Shown piece after piece: positions 37,255-49,897 of a DNA stretch of 64,000 nt (its first letter is position 1; each line of letters starts with the position of its first letter). The stretch lies in contig NC_042998.1 in assembly GCF_006345805.1 (NCBI RefSeq), forward strand, positions 24,862,001-24,926,000. Direction: 5' to 3'. The stretch comes from Octopus sinensis. Lineage: Eukaryota. The notes under the pieces were generated by a model. That model was given only the letters and a program-made list of their open reading frames with translations. It did not search any database and was not told the DNA's origin. The position numbers were made by a program, and so were the translations under genes.

Positions 37255-37748
37255 TCAACCTATGCTAGCATGGAAAATGGGTGTAAAGTGGTAATGATGA
37301 TGACGAAGAAGATGATGATGACAAGTTTGAGGAAGATGATGACGATGAGGATGATGATGACAATGACGATGACGATGATGACGATGACAGTGATGACAAT
37401 GACAAGTATGATGATGATGACAATGATAAAGATGATGATGAAGATGATGATGATGACGATGACGATGATGACGATGATGACGATGATGATGACGATGACA
37501 GTGATGATGAGGAGGAGGATGATGATGATGATGATGATGACGATGACGAAGGGGATGATGATGACAGTGATGATGATAACGATGATGATAACAATGACAA
37601 AGATGATGATGGTGAAAATGATGATGATGAGGATGATGACAATGATGATGATGATGATGACGACTATGACTATGATGGTGGTGATGATGATAATGATGAC
37701 AACAATGCCATCACCACTGACTGATGATGATGATGATGGTGACGACTA
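37255..37748 (+). repeat. (GAT)n-derived degenerate array seeded by an RTE-type tail
   Basis: TATGCTAGCATGGAAAATGG is followed by ~450 bp of GAT/GAC/AAT variants. Confidence 0.9.
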
Positions 37749-38832
37749 AAAAACAACAACATTGACACATTTTACTAAACTTATCCAAAGTCTTCATTGT
37801 TTTTTTTTGTTTGTTTTTTTTTTGTTTCCTTTTTTTTCTTAGAAATTAATTCAAAACCCTTTGGCAGAAAAACAGTCACAAAAGTATTTCTCATTTGTTA
37901 CAATGCATGAAATATTTACTTTGGCCTTCAAACCAGATGCAACAATTGGATTAAATAGAATGAAAGAAATTTCATGTTAATGTCTGATAACAGGAGTTTT
38001 TTTTTCCTTTATCAGCTTTTAAAGTACTTATGGCAGTCATCATTCTTTGTCCATGCTTTTACCAGATATTTACAGTTTATTTGTTTAGTAAGGTGAAGTC
38101 TTATCTATTTACCATTCTAATTCCAGATTGCAGACTGTTTAGTGTTTGAATTCCAAGAAATCATGTTTGGCTTACTTCATTTTTTTTTTTCTTTGTTTCG
38201 GGTAAAAAGAATTAAAGAAAGCCAGTCTAGTATTAAACATGAGGAATTTAGCATTTGGGGTTACAAATGCCAACAGTTTGAATTATCATAAAAATTGCGC
38301 ACAGCATAATCAATTACAATCTGAGAAAAAAAAAAAATCAAAACAAAACAAAAGAAATTAAGTAAAAGCAAATTATAAAGAGAATAATGTTTAGTGATTA
38401 ATTCAAGCTTAATTTGTTTCTTAATCATATCTAATAGCATTTATTATTAGTATTCTAATGATGTTGTCATATTTTGCTTTTCAAATACCACTGAAGAAAA
38501 ACAAATGCTATTTCTATCAGATTTGTTAAAAAATAGATTGCTCAAGGAAATATGAAATACAAATAGTATTTATTTTTGCATGTAAACTGCAATGTTATTA
38601 TTCCTTTTAAATCTTTTTTGGTGAAAGAGAAAATAATCACAAATACGAAACTCTCCAGAAAAAAATTCCATCCTTCTGTTATTCCATGAAGGTTCTCATA
38701 TAACTGTACCATATTGCTTGCTCTTTTCTAACTAATCAAATGATAACACATCAGCTGTAAGTGGATGATAGCACAGTTGCTATAAATGACTCTAAATAGT
38801 ACCACATCAAACTCTCAAAACTATTACATTAA

Positions 38833-38925
38833 TACATTATTTACATTATTTGCATTTGACGGATATTTGCCCTTATCTTGTTCGAGGACAAATATCCATC
38901 AAATGTAAATAAAGTAAATAATGTA
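38833..38925. repeat. fold-back hairpin of the 14330 family
   Basis: TACATTATTTACATTATTTGCATTTGACGGATATTTG... is mirrored by ...CAAATATCCATCAAATGTAAATAAAGTAAATAATGTA. Confidence 0.85.
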
Positions 38926-40257
38926 CATAATTCCTCATCTCTTAAATATAGATCTGTATTACATTAATATTAACCCATTATTGCATAATGGTCCCAATCA
39001 AAGAATTACAAAATACAAAATGTTTATTTGTTAGTTAGTTAGTTCCAACAATGTCATGAGGCACATAAGACCACACCATAAGAAGGCGGTGAGCTGGCAG
39101 AAACATTAGCACACCAGGCGAAATGCATAGCTGTATTTCGTCTGCTGTTATGCTCTGAGTTCAAATTCCACCGAGGTCGACTTTGCCTTTCATCCTTTCG
39201 GGGTTAATAAATTAAGTACCAGTTACGCACTGCTTTTTACAAAGGTGTGTGCGAAATAATATAAAAGGTGTACAAACTGTTTGTTCCCTTGTTAGTGAAT
39301 TTAATCGGTTGGTGTGGCTAGTAATTAAGCCAGTAGTCACTGAGGGTTAAAGGTTCATACTGGATGAATAGAGAGTGAGTATTGCTCTAGCTACATAGTG
39401 TGGTAGTAGTCATGGCCAGGATTAAAAGAGAGCTAGCAGTCCTACCTGTGTGGGCAGTTGACAAGATACCTGCCCTGAAAGGGAAACAGAAAAAAAGAGA
39501 GAATGGATGTCTGACTAAGATTTTTATACCTCCCTAGTGCCATCAAAGCACCACCTACCAACGACAGATTAAAGGAACATAACTCTGCCATGTTCTCCTT
39601 AGCTTTTATGGCCCTTGCTACAGCATAATTCCATTTCTAGTTGCTATCCTATCCACAATCACATCTTTGCTGGAGTCAAATAATTTTTTTATCTGTTGCA
39701 GTTTCTAAAGTCAATTTGATTGTTACGGGGGTAAGATATTAGCCTTCCAACCGACCCTCAGTCCCAGAACACCAGGCCTAGGCCATTTATTACCTCTTCA
39801 GTTTAGCTAGCTGCCAATCTCTGCTGAATAGACTACCTGCTCGCTTCCAAGAGGTTGTCCATCTGGAGGGTCAGTAGTCCAGTGGCTTCGATATTGCACA
39901 ACAAAATGTCCCACCATGAAGTTTACTGATCTAAGCTGAAATTAATTTGTCTCAAACTTTTAGGTCCACTGCCCCCTCATGGCCACATAATGCCGTCAGC
40001 ACCCCCACCCCTATTTTTATGCATAAATAAATATTTTATATTTTACTAATTTATATATACCATGAATCATTTGATATTTAATATATATAATTTGTATACC
40101 ATACTATGATAATGTCAATAAATTCATAACGTCCCCCAATCCATTGCCTTCCTCCCAACGCCTCCTTTTCTCAACTGCTACCCCCACCTCCCCCTTAGGC
40201 ACCAGCGCCCACCTGGACCATCTTAACACCCACAAGGGGGCGGTATCACCCACTTTC

Positions 40258-40490
40258 AAGGCGGCAAGCTGGCAGAAACGTTAGTACGCCGGGCAAAATG
40301 CTTAGCGGTATTTCATCTGCCGTTACGTTGTGAGTTCAAATTCCGCCGAGGTCGACTTTGCCTTTCATCCTTTCGGGGTCGATAAATTAAGTACCAGTTA
40401 CGCACTGGGATCGATGCAATCGACTTAATACCTCTGTCTGTTCTTGTTTGTCCCCTCTGTGCTTAGCCCCTTGTGGGTAATAAAGAAATA
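40258..40490 (+). mobile_element. SINE A1 with 15-bp TSD
   Basis: TSD GGTATCACCCACTTT at 40242-40256 and 40491-40505. Confidence 0.92.
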
Positions 40491-40851
40491 GGTATCACCC
40501 ACTTTGAGAATCTATGGTTTAGACAGGTTGTCATGGGTTTGAATTCTTATTCAGAATAACTGTCTCCTTAGGAAGGTTCCCCCCCACCACCACCACCGCC
40601 ACCACTAATACCACCACTTGTCAGAAGTTATTCTCAACAAGGTAGCAAGCCACCGCTTAATATGTCGGGAGTTACAAAAGGAAAGAGCAGTAAAACATTA
40701 TGATAATAATCCAACATTAAAATTCAAATGAGAAGCTACTCTAAGCTTCATAAAGCAATCAACATGAGATCCGAAAAGAGCCATGATTCCATCTGTTCGT
40801 CCATTTCAATTTTTGTCAGCATTTTAATGCTCCTGGTATTAAATATGTTAA

Positions 40852-41072
40852 GGCAGCAAGCTGGCAGAATCGTTAGCACGCCGGGCGAAATGCTTTGCGG
40901 TATTTCGTCTGCCGCTATGTTCTGAGTTCAACTTCCGCCGAGGTTGACTTTGCCTTTCATCCTTTCGGGGTCAATTAAACAAGTACCAGTTATGCACTGG
41001 GGTCGATATAATCGACTTAATCCATTTGTCTGTCCTCTCTGTGTTTAGCCCCTTGTGGGTAGTAAAGAAATA
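40852..41072 (+). mobile_element. SINE A1 with 17-bp TSD
   Basis: TSD GGTATTAAATATGTTAA at 40835-40851 and 41073-41089. Confidence 0.92.
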
Positions 41073-41099
41073 GGTATTAAATATGTTAAAACTGTCTTA

Positions 41100-41493
41100 T
41101 CTTTATATATAAAAGAGAGGTTGTGTGCTGTCTGTCTCCTACGATTTAGATTCCTAACTACTCCCACATTTTGCGGTGCAGTTTAACCAAAACCGGGTAT
41201 CTTATAATCGTGATTCATATCGAGCCCTTCTGGGTATTAGCGCGCTTCTACGATGAGTCTACGATTTTAAAAAAATTACCATAAATTTTTCCCATGTTTA
41301 ATGCATTTATGGCATATATAAGGGAAGTAACTCTCTAAAAATTTATTATTAAATCTCAGAACGTAAAAAGCTACAGTAACACCCCCCCTTTGTGGTTAGC
41401 CATATTGAGATGGCTATTATACTTTACATCTCTAAAAATGCTTATATAGTTATTTCCCTTACAAACCCGAGCAATGCCGGGCGATACTGCTAG
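41100..41493 (+). mobile_element. non-autonomous Helitron
   Basis: A|TCTTTATATATAAAAG...CCCGAGCAATGCCGGG...CTGCTAG|T; homologous to 11433-11826. Confidence 0.85.
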
Positions 41494-42384
41494 TCACTAA
41501 ATAAATTAGTTTATATAAGAATCTACCAATTCTTTGATACCTTGAATTTTTTACACCTACAGTTTAGATTTTCCAGCTGAAAACTTAACCAACTCTTTTT
41601 TACTAGCTATGACAAAATATCACAAATGCTCTTTGAAAAAATAGGGAGAACGTAGCTATGATTTCAATGGTGTCAATTGTACATTTATTGATGTAGGAAA
41701 ATAGAATGTACAAATATTATATTGATTCCAGAGAGTGGAACATTCTGTTGGTACATAAACATGATGTTCTATAACATTCTTCCATCACTTATTATACAAC
41801 TCACATGCTTTGTATCCAATGCCATTAATTCTTGCATAAAATCTCTCAACTTTCTCTCTTCACTCCTTTCTTTCCCCCTCTCTCTCTTGTATTCTCTCTC
41901 CTTTCTTCAAAACAAACCCCTAAAGTTCTAAAAAAATCTGAGTAACAAGATCCTAGATCAGTTTTATTGTATGGTTTCCTAGCTTTATATGCATTTTATA
42001 TTTATTCTTTATTTTCGGTATTCTTAGATTCTTCCTTTTGCTTTTTGTAATTCCTATTCTTTCTTATTCTTTAACTGGTTCTGACAATAGACTGTAGCTA
42101 TATTGAACATGGAACTCTATCAATAAGGTTACTAGGAAAATAAACAAAAAATCTAAAACAAACATGGTCCTAATATATAATATCTAATGCATTAATATCT
42201 CATATGGATACATTTTTAAAATCCTTATAAAAATCCTGATAAAAATAGTTCTATAATTTTCTGGTTGACAATTATAAGAAACTTTGAAATGATTGTACTA
42301 CCATAGCCTTAAAATTCTTGGGTGTTTTTGTTACTGTATTAATATTCATTAATTACTCTCAAAATTTTAATATTTATATTCCTT

Positions 42385-43065
42385 AAGGCGGTGAGCTGGC
42401 AGAATTGTTAGCACACCAGGCAAAATGCTTAGCAGCATTTTATCCATCTTTAGATCCTGAGTTCAAATTCTGTGAGGGTTGATTTTACCTTTCATCTTTA
42501 TGGGGTTGATAAAATAAGTACCATTTGGGCATGGTGGGGGGTCGATGTAATTGACTTACCTTTTTCTTACCTATTTCTTTACCCACAAGGGGCTAAACAC
42601 AGAAAGGACAAACAAGAACAGACAAACGGATTAAGTCGATTATATGAAACCCCAGTGCGTAACTGGTACTTATTTAATCGACCCCGAAAGGATGAAAGGC
42701 AAAGTTGATCTTGGTGGAATTTGAACTCAGAATGTAACGGCAGACGAAATACCTATTTCTTTACTACCCACAAGGGGCTAAACATAGAGGGGACAAACAA
42801 GGACAGACAAACGGATTAAGTCGATTAGATTGACCCCAGTGCGTAACTGGTACTTATTTAATCGACCCCGAAAGGATGAAAGGCAAAGTCGACCTCGGTG
42901 GAATTTGAACTCAGAATGTAACGGTAGACGAAATACCGCTAAGCATTTCACCCGGCGTGCTAATGTTTCTGCCAACTCGCTGCCTTGATGTAATTGACTT
43001 GCCCTGACCCTCCTGAACTTGCTGGCCTTGTGCTGAAATTTGAAACCAATATTTATATTCCTTCT
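42385..43065. mobile_element. SINE A2 (+) interrupted by an A1 dimer (-)
   Basis: GATGTAATTGACTT is duplicated either side of the insert; dimer junction at ~42753. Confidence 0.85.
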
Positions 43066-43691
43066 AGAATAGCAGCTTTGTGGAATTATTACGATACTTA
43101 AAAACTAGAGATCTGAGGAGCAAATTCAATCATAATCCTGTTGTTTTCAAATATATTTGAAGCCACCATTTTTAATTCTGTGACTCACGTCTTTATTTGT
43201 CATTTGTACGTATTAAGATGAATAATGTGACATGACTTTCAAATGAAAATCCTGAAGCAATTGATTCAATTTAAATCCAGCTTTCTGGAGTTGTTTATTT
43301 GTATAAATCTAATTATATATTTTGATTACTTAATGACTTAATGAAATTTTATAAGCTTTATGTCTTTCTTGTTCAGTAAATGAGTACCCAGAAGTTTTCA
43401 GATTTTCTCCTTTTGAGCAGACATCTTGTTAAACAAATTTTAATGCTTCAATCTTTATTCATGGTATAATGATTGATGATTGTTTCTCATTTGTTTTATT
43501 ATATTCTTCCAATCAGATTTTCTCTAGCTTTGCTAGAAATTGCTGCCAACAAACCTAAGAATTTGTAGAACAGGAGTGAAAGTAAAGAATGTGCAGGGAT
43601 AAGAAGTCGACAAGTAATAGTAAAATAGAACATATCTGAACAGCTAAACCAGGAAAGCTACAAATGTATGATTCATTAAGTCAATTATTAT

Positions 43692-44292
43692 TTGTCCAAT
43701 GTACGGCCACACCTCGAATACTGCTGCCCACTGTGGTCTCCCCATACAAGACAAAACATCTCGAGGATTGAATCACCCCAGAGGGCACTCACTAAACGAA
43801 TCGAAGGCATGGCTGCTCTCGATTACTGGGACCACCTTAAGGCCTTGAAACTTTACTCTCTCCAGTGTTGCCGTGAGTGGTACATCATTTGTACGATGTG
43901 GAGAATATACCGTCAACTTTGCCCAAACGACCTGGGACCACAGGCCATACGTCCCCTGCCCAATTCAAGATCACAGCATACATGTACACTGCAACATAAT
44001 TTCTTTTCCTCAACAGGCCCTGCTCTATTTAACATTGTCCCGAAAGAGATCAAAGAGGAATAGGATCCCATCAACTTTAAACGAAGCCTGGGTAGATTCC
44101 TTCAAGGAATACCAGATAAGCCACCCATAATTGGAAACAACTCACCCAACAAAAACTCACAACTTGAATGGACCATAAACAAAACTTGACTTAAACAGGA
44201 TTTAGATAATCCTATCAGGTGGTGCTATTAAGTTAGACATGGCCTGGACCAATCTTTGGTCGAAACATATCTAAGTTGATCTAAGTTTATCT
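43692..44292 (+). mobile_element. CR1/L2-group LINE 3' fragment
   Basis: VRPHLEYCCPLWSP...IESPQRALTKRI...LDYWDHLKALKLYSLQ...LFNIVPKEIKEE*DPINFKRSL; ends in an (ATCTAAGTT)-like tandem tail. Confidence 0.85.
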
Positions 44293-44306
44293 AATAATAA
44301 TTCATA

Positions 44307-44520
44307 GGGTGGCGAGCTGGCTGAATCACTAACATGCTGGGTGAAATGCTTAGAGGTATTTCATCTGCCGCTACGTTCTGAGTTCAAATTCTGCTGAGGT
44401 CGACTTTGCCTTTCATCTATGACAAGTTATGCACTGGTGGTTGATATAATCGACTTAATCCATTTGTCTGTCCTTGTTTGTCCTCTCTGTGTTTAGCCCC
44501 TTGTGGGTAGTAAAGAAATA
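44307..44520 (+). mobile_element. SINE A1 with an internal deletion
   Basis: The tail AAAGAAATA(GAAATA) is followed by GGTATTTCATCTGC, a repeat of its own head sequence. Confidence 0.8.
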
Positions 44521-45622
44521 GAAATAGGTATTTCATCTGCTGGTATTTCATTGAGTTGAGAAGCAAAATTCTTATGAAACAGCCTTGCCTGTGCATGACA
44601 AGAAAAGTGTCATATAAATTTTAATTGATGAGTTTTGATTTTTTTATAAATTATTCAATTTCCTGTTTTGTTTAAGAGAAGTAACAGTGAAAAAATATAT
44701 CCGTATAAAGAGTAAACTCAAAGTTTATTGATGTAAGATGTTGTGGGAATGCATGCATATGCACACCCAGACATACACATATATAATTGGATCCCTATGT
44801 GTAGGAAAAAAAAAACAACCAGTAAATTGCCTGCAGCTGCAGTGACAAAGAAAACTATTCTAAGTAAAATTGTTCATGAAAATAGGTTGTCAGAACATTG
44901 CAGAAAGCATTAAATGATACACAACATAAATGTAAAGTGTGCACATCGGAGAATATAAATATTTATTTTTATATTTTCATGTACGCACATTATGCTAGAA
45001 GAATATTTAGTTAGAAGAAAAGAAAATTATAAGGTCCAATGAAAAACACAATAAAATGAAAAAGAAAGGTTCTTAGTTGAAAGGTTTTACTTCTTTGATG
45101 TATGTAAAAGGCTCCTGTTTCAAAAATTCCCATGAAGGAAATGTAAATTTGATCATATCCAGGTTTGAAATTATAACCATGAAACACTGAATTGGGTGTT
45201 GTACAATATTAACTACAGCAGTAAATCCTCTGTCCTAAATGTTAAAATAATTATTGAAATTTGCTAAAAAGCATTTTTAATGATCGTCAAAAATATACTT
45301 TTATGGCTGTCAAGTGGTGGTGGGAGACAAACACAGACACCCATCGACACACTGACACACCAACACACACACACATACACACAGACACACACTTAGCTTC
45401 TTTCAGTTTCCATCAATCAAATCCACTCACAATATCCCATGCAGTGGGACTGAACTCAGAACTACGTGGTCAGGAAGCACATTTCTACACCTACAGGACA
45501 ATATTTATACCATTTTATTCATGATTTACAAGACAAATTTTCCTTATAATAACTTATAGATTATCAAGTTTGAAATTACGACTTTTCAAATATTGGAAAG
45601 TATTATGAATAAAAATTTAAGA

Positions 45623-46012
45623 AAGGAGTGGCTGTGTGGTAAGTAGCTTGCTTACCAACCACATGGTTCCGGGTTCAGTTCCACTGCATGGCACCATGGG
45701 CAAGTGTCTTCTACTATAGCCTCGGACCAACCAAGGCCTTGTGAGTATATTTGGTAGACAGAAACTGAAAGAAGCCCGTTGTATATATGTATATATATGT
45801 ATGTATGTGTGTGTCTATGTTTGTTACCCCAACATCGCTTGACAACCGATGCTGGTGTGTTTACGTCTCAGTAACTTAGCGGTTCGGCAAAAGAGACCGA
45901 TAGAATAAGTACTAGGCTTACAAAGAATAAGTCCTGGCGTCGATTTACACGACCAAAGGAGGTGCTCCAGCATGGCCACAGTCAAATGACTGAAACAAGT
46001 AAAAGAGTAAAA
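45623..46012 (+). mobile_element. SINE B
   Basis: Full-length match to family B. Confidence 0.9.
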
Positions 46013-46343
46013 TGACGATGCATCCTGTTATCCATGTGACACATAATGTAGTGAACAAAGAAGATTTAATGGAGATGTTCAAGAAGATGAGGATATACCA
46101 AAGACAAAATAACTACCAACATGTGATAGGTTGGGAGAAGGAAAATGAAATGGCATATTAAGACAGTGAAAATATATAGAAAAACAGAGCAAAGAGTGGC
46201 CTAAGAAATCATGTTATCGTTGATAGAATATGACAGCTAATTTCAAGTTGTTAAATATTAAAGAAACTGCTGTAAGAGAAACCAAAGCATTAATGTAGAC
46301 ATGAAATGCTAACATTGACTGATGTCATCTAATTAACAGGTCA

Positions 46344-46621
46344 GTGGAGGCACATGGCCTAGTGGTTAGAGCAGCGAACTTGTGGTCAAGGGATTGCGGG
46401 TTCGAATCTCAGACTGGGCGATGTGTGTGTTTATGAGCGAAACACCTAAGCTCCATGTGGCTCTGGCAGAAGGTAAGGGCGAACTTCTGCTGACTCTTTC
46501 GCCACAACTTTCTCTCACTCTTTCCTCCTGCATCTAGCAGCTCACCTGCGACAGACTGGTGTCCCAGGAAAACCGGGAAACCGGCCCTTATGAGCCAGGC
46601 ATAGCTCGAGAAGGAACAAAA
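46344..46621 (+). mobile_element. SINE D with TSD
   Basis: AATTAACAGGTCAG is duplicated at ~46331 and ~46622. Confidence 0.88.
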
Positions 46622-46849
46622 AATTAACAGGTCAGCGCTGTTTAAACAGGGACATGGTTCAAAATTTTCTGGTTTTGATCAGCCTGTCTTTTTATATATC
46701 CAGAATTATAATGTCAAATGTACCCTTGCTTTTTTAAGATGAAAATGTGTAATTTGAGGGAAAATTAGTTGTTATTTTTAATAGATAGAGCCAGTTATGA
46801 AGATATTATTTATTTGGTTTATTTATTAAACAGATATGTATCAATAGAT

Positions 46850-47520
46850 GCAGGTGTGGCTGAGTGGTAAGAAGATTGCTGTATGGTAAGAAGATTGGTA
46901 AGAAGATTAAGGCGGCAAGTTGGCAGAATCGTTAGCACACCTGACGAAATGCTTACCTGTTTTCCACCTACTGTTACGTTCTGAGTTCAAATTCCACCAA
47001 GGTCAACTTTGCTTTTCATCCTTTCGGGGTTGATAAATTAAGTACCAGTTATGCACTGGGGTCGATGTAATCGACTTAATCCCTTTGTCTGTCCTTGTAT
47101 GTCTCCTCTATGTTTACCCCCTTGTGGGCAATAAAGAAATAAGGAGATTGCTTCCCAACCACATGGTTCTGGGTTCAGTCCCACAGCATGGCACTTTGGG
47201 CAAGTGTCTTCTGCTATAGCGTCAGGCCTACCAAAGCTTTGTGAGTGGATTTGATAGATGGAAACTGAAAGAAACCTTTCATGTATATATATATATATAT
47301 GTATATATCTGTGTGTGTGTGTGTGTGTGTCCCACCATCACCTGACAACCGCTGTTGGTGTGTTTACATCTCCATAACTTAGCGATTTGACAAGAGAGAC
47401 CGGTAGCGTAAGTACTAGGCTTTAAAACAAAAACGTCTTAGGGTCGATTTGTTCGACTAAAAACCCTTCAAGGTGGTGCTCCAGCATGGCCACAGTCAAA
47501 TGACTGACACAAGTAGAACA
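46850..47520 (+). mobile_element. SINE B with SINE A1 inserted in its head
   Basis: GGTAAGAAGATT occurs three times, then A1 (46909-47140), then ...GATTGCTTCCCAACCACATGG continues family B. Confidence 0.85.
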
Positions 47521-48617
47521 ATAAAAAAATAAAACAGTTTGTTTTTTTAAAATTGAAAGTTTGCTTTGCAGATGTCAAAAACAAGCTTTCAATTATCAAA
47601 GCAATTTTATTTATCAGAAATTTCACATTTTTAAAAAACAATTTGTTTTATTTTTCAATGCTTTCATGGGTTAGATAAACCTGCAAATTTAGACATTAAT
47701 ATTTCTATAAAAACTAGTTGGATGGTATCTTCAGTACAGATTAGTTTGAAATTAGAGTGTCGATGCATATAGGCATAATACTATCACATCCTGATGTTTT
47801 ACTAGTATCTTGCATAAAAATATCTCATTGTATTTACAATATCATTATAATGCATTGAGCATCTTCTTATATCAGGTATTTAGCAGCGAAAGGCAGGTGT
47901 GATGGCTATGTATTGACAAGACTTTAATTAGAAAAACAAAAAGTAGCAGATTTCTGGATGATAGATTGTGATACACAATAGAATAAGATAGATCTCTTTC
48001 AGAGTTTTCTATTATATTACAATTTATTTATTCTTTTATTATTTTCTTTCTTGTATATTCTTGATGCACAAATAGAGCTTCCTTATACAAGTGCGTATCA
48101 GCGAAGGGAATTTTTTTTTTGTACATGTTCAGAAGCTTTTTCTCATATATTTGCAATGCAGGAGGAATGTTTCAGGATTAGATTGTCTTGTGTGTTTGTT
48201 TGAGCTGTTGTTAAAGGTTATGTTGGGTTATAGAAGTTACAACTCTAAGAAACCTGGTAGAAACTTTTCGATTTAAACAAAAAATAATTTTATTAATAAA
48301 TTAGGTGTGTTATCAGTGTCTTAATAAATAGATCTTCAGTATTTAAAATGCATTATAGTAAACCAGTATGGTAAGAAATTTACTTCTGAGTCACATGGTT
48401 CCAGGTTCAGTCTCACTGCATGGCACCTTGGGAATGTGTTTTCTTCTGCTATAGCCTAATGCTGACCAAAGTCTTCTGAGTGAATTTCTTAGATGAAAAC
48501 TGAAAAAAGTTTATCATATATATATATATATATATATATTTATAATAATAATAATATGACAAGAAAAGAATGAATGAGACCTCGATATTATGTAAATGGA
48601 GGAATTTATCTATAACA

Positions 48618-48802
48618 TAATATGTGATAATTAGTCGGTTGCCATGATAGAACTCAGAGTTTTGGATGTCGGGGCGAAATTCTGCTCTGTCATCTCATCA
48701 GTTTTTAAGACAAAAAATCTGATGAGATGCCGGAGCAGAATTCCGCTCCAACATCTGATACTCTGAGTCTTATTATGCCAACCAACTAATTGTCACATAT
48801 TA
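48618..48802. repeat. diverged palindrome made of two back-to-back hammerhead-like arms
   Basis: TCATCAG at 48695-48701 and CTGATGA at 48719-48725 face outward; each arm has GATG..GRGC-loop-GCYCC..CATC, then (G/A)A(T/A)A CTCTGAG T(C/T). Confidence 0.65.
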
Positions 48803-49055
48803 TATTATATTATATTATATATATGCACACACATATATATTCACATACACACACACACACATATATATATTAACAAAAGTGTCCGGTGAAACCTATGAAG
48901 GTAGAATCAGTAGATCCAGTGATAATTCGCGTGGAGTGCTATTATGTGGATGAGGAGAGGTGCTGAAAATTCAGGAAGTGGTTAAGATATGCAAGTCTAA
49001 AGAGTAGGAAGTTCAGTCAGGATCAAACTGGGGTAACCACATGAGCGTATAATAT

Positions 49056-49461
49056 ATAGTTGAAATTTATAGAAAAACTAATAATGATGACAGGTGTATG
49101 AACAACAAGCAAGTGTATTAGTTTGATGCTCGGGGAAAATGAAAACGTCTTTTACGTTTCGAGCCATTGCTCTTCATCAGAAAGGAATAAAAGGAAATAA
49201 ATTGAGAGAGAATGAAATAAACATGTTGAGTTCAGCAGTCCAGCATGGCGAATGACTAAAAAAAGAAAAAAGAAAAAAATACTGAACTCTACACATTTTT
49301 TTCCTTCTCTCTCTGTTTATTTTCTCTTATTCCTTTTTGTTGAAGAGCGTAGGCTTGAAATGTCAAAGACTTTTTCATCTTTCCTGAGCGTCAAACTAAT
49401 ACACTTGCTTCTTGTTCATACACCTAGCTTTGTCATTTGTTTTTCTACAAATTTCAACTAT
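49056..49461. mobile_element. Penelope-type fold-back element (~160-bp arms, ~90-bp spacer)
   Basis: ATAGTTGAAATTT...AAATTTCAACTAT termini; arms are homologous to 59745-59925. Confidence 0.75.
49149..49184 (-). ncRNA. minimal type I hammerhead ribozyme candidate, intact core
   Basis: CUUU-CUGAUGA-A-GAGC(AAUG)GCUC-GAAAC-GUA/AAAG. Confidence 0.72.
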
Positions 49462-49897
49462 TGGCTTATGTTTTTCATTGTTTGATTTGCCTAATAGTGG
49501 TTTTATCTCTAATTTAATATAATATAATATAATATATTTTACTATAAAATTGGATTTAATTCTAAATCTGATTTTTCCCTGTAAGTTCGGATTTATTCCC
49601 TAATATTTTATTATTAATATATATATATATATTATTTACAGAAATTGGTTTGTTTATGTCCCCGTAAGTTAGTGGTTCAACAAAAAAAAAGCAATTAAAC
49701 AAAGTGACTGAGAGAATAAGTACTAAGCAGAAAAAATAAGTATTGTGATGACTAAAAAAAAAGATAAAAGGTCATAAACACCATAAAACTCTCTTCCATC
49801 ATCACTACTACATTGTCATACAGAAAATTCATTCTCTCTGTAATTGCTTGATATTTAATTATAAGATATTTTGTGTCCCTTTAAAAGAAAACAACCT

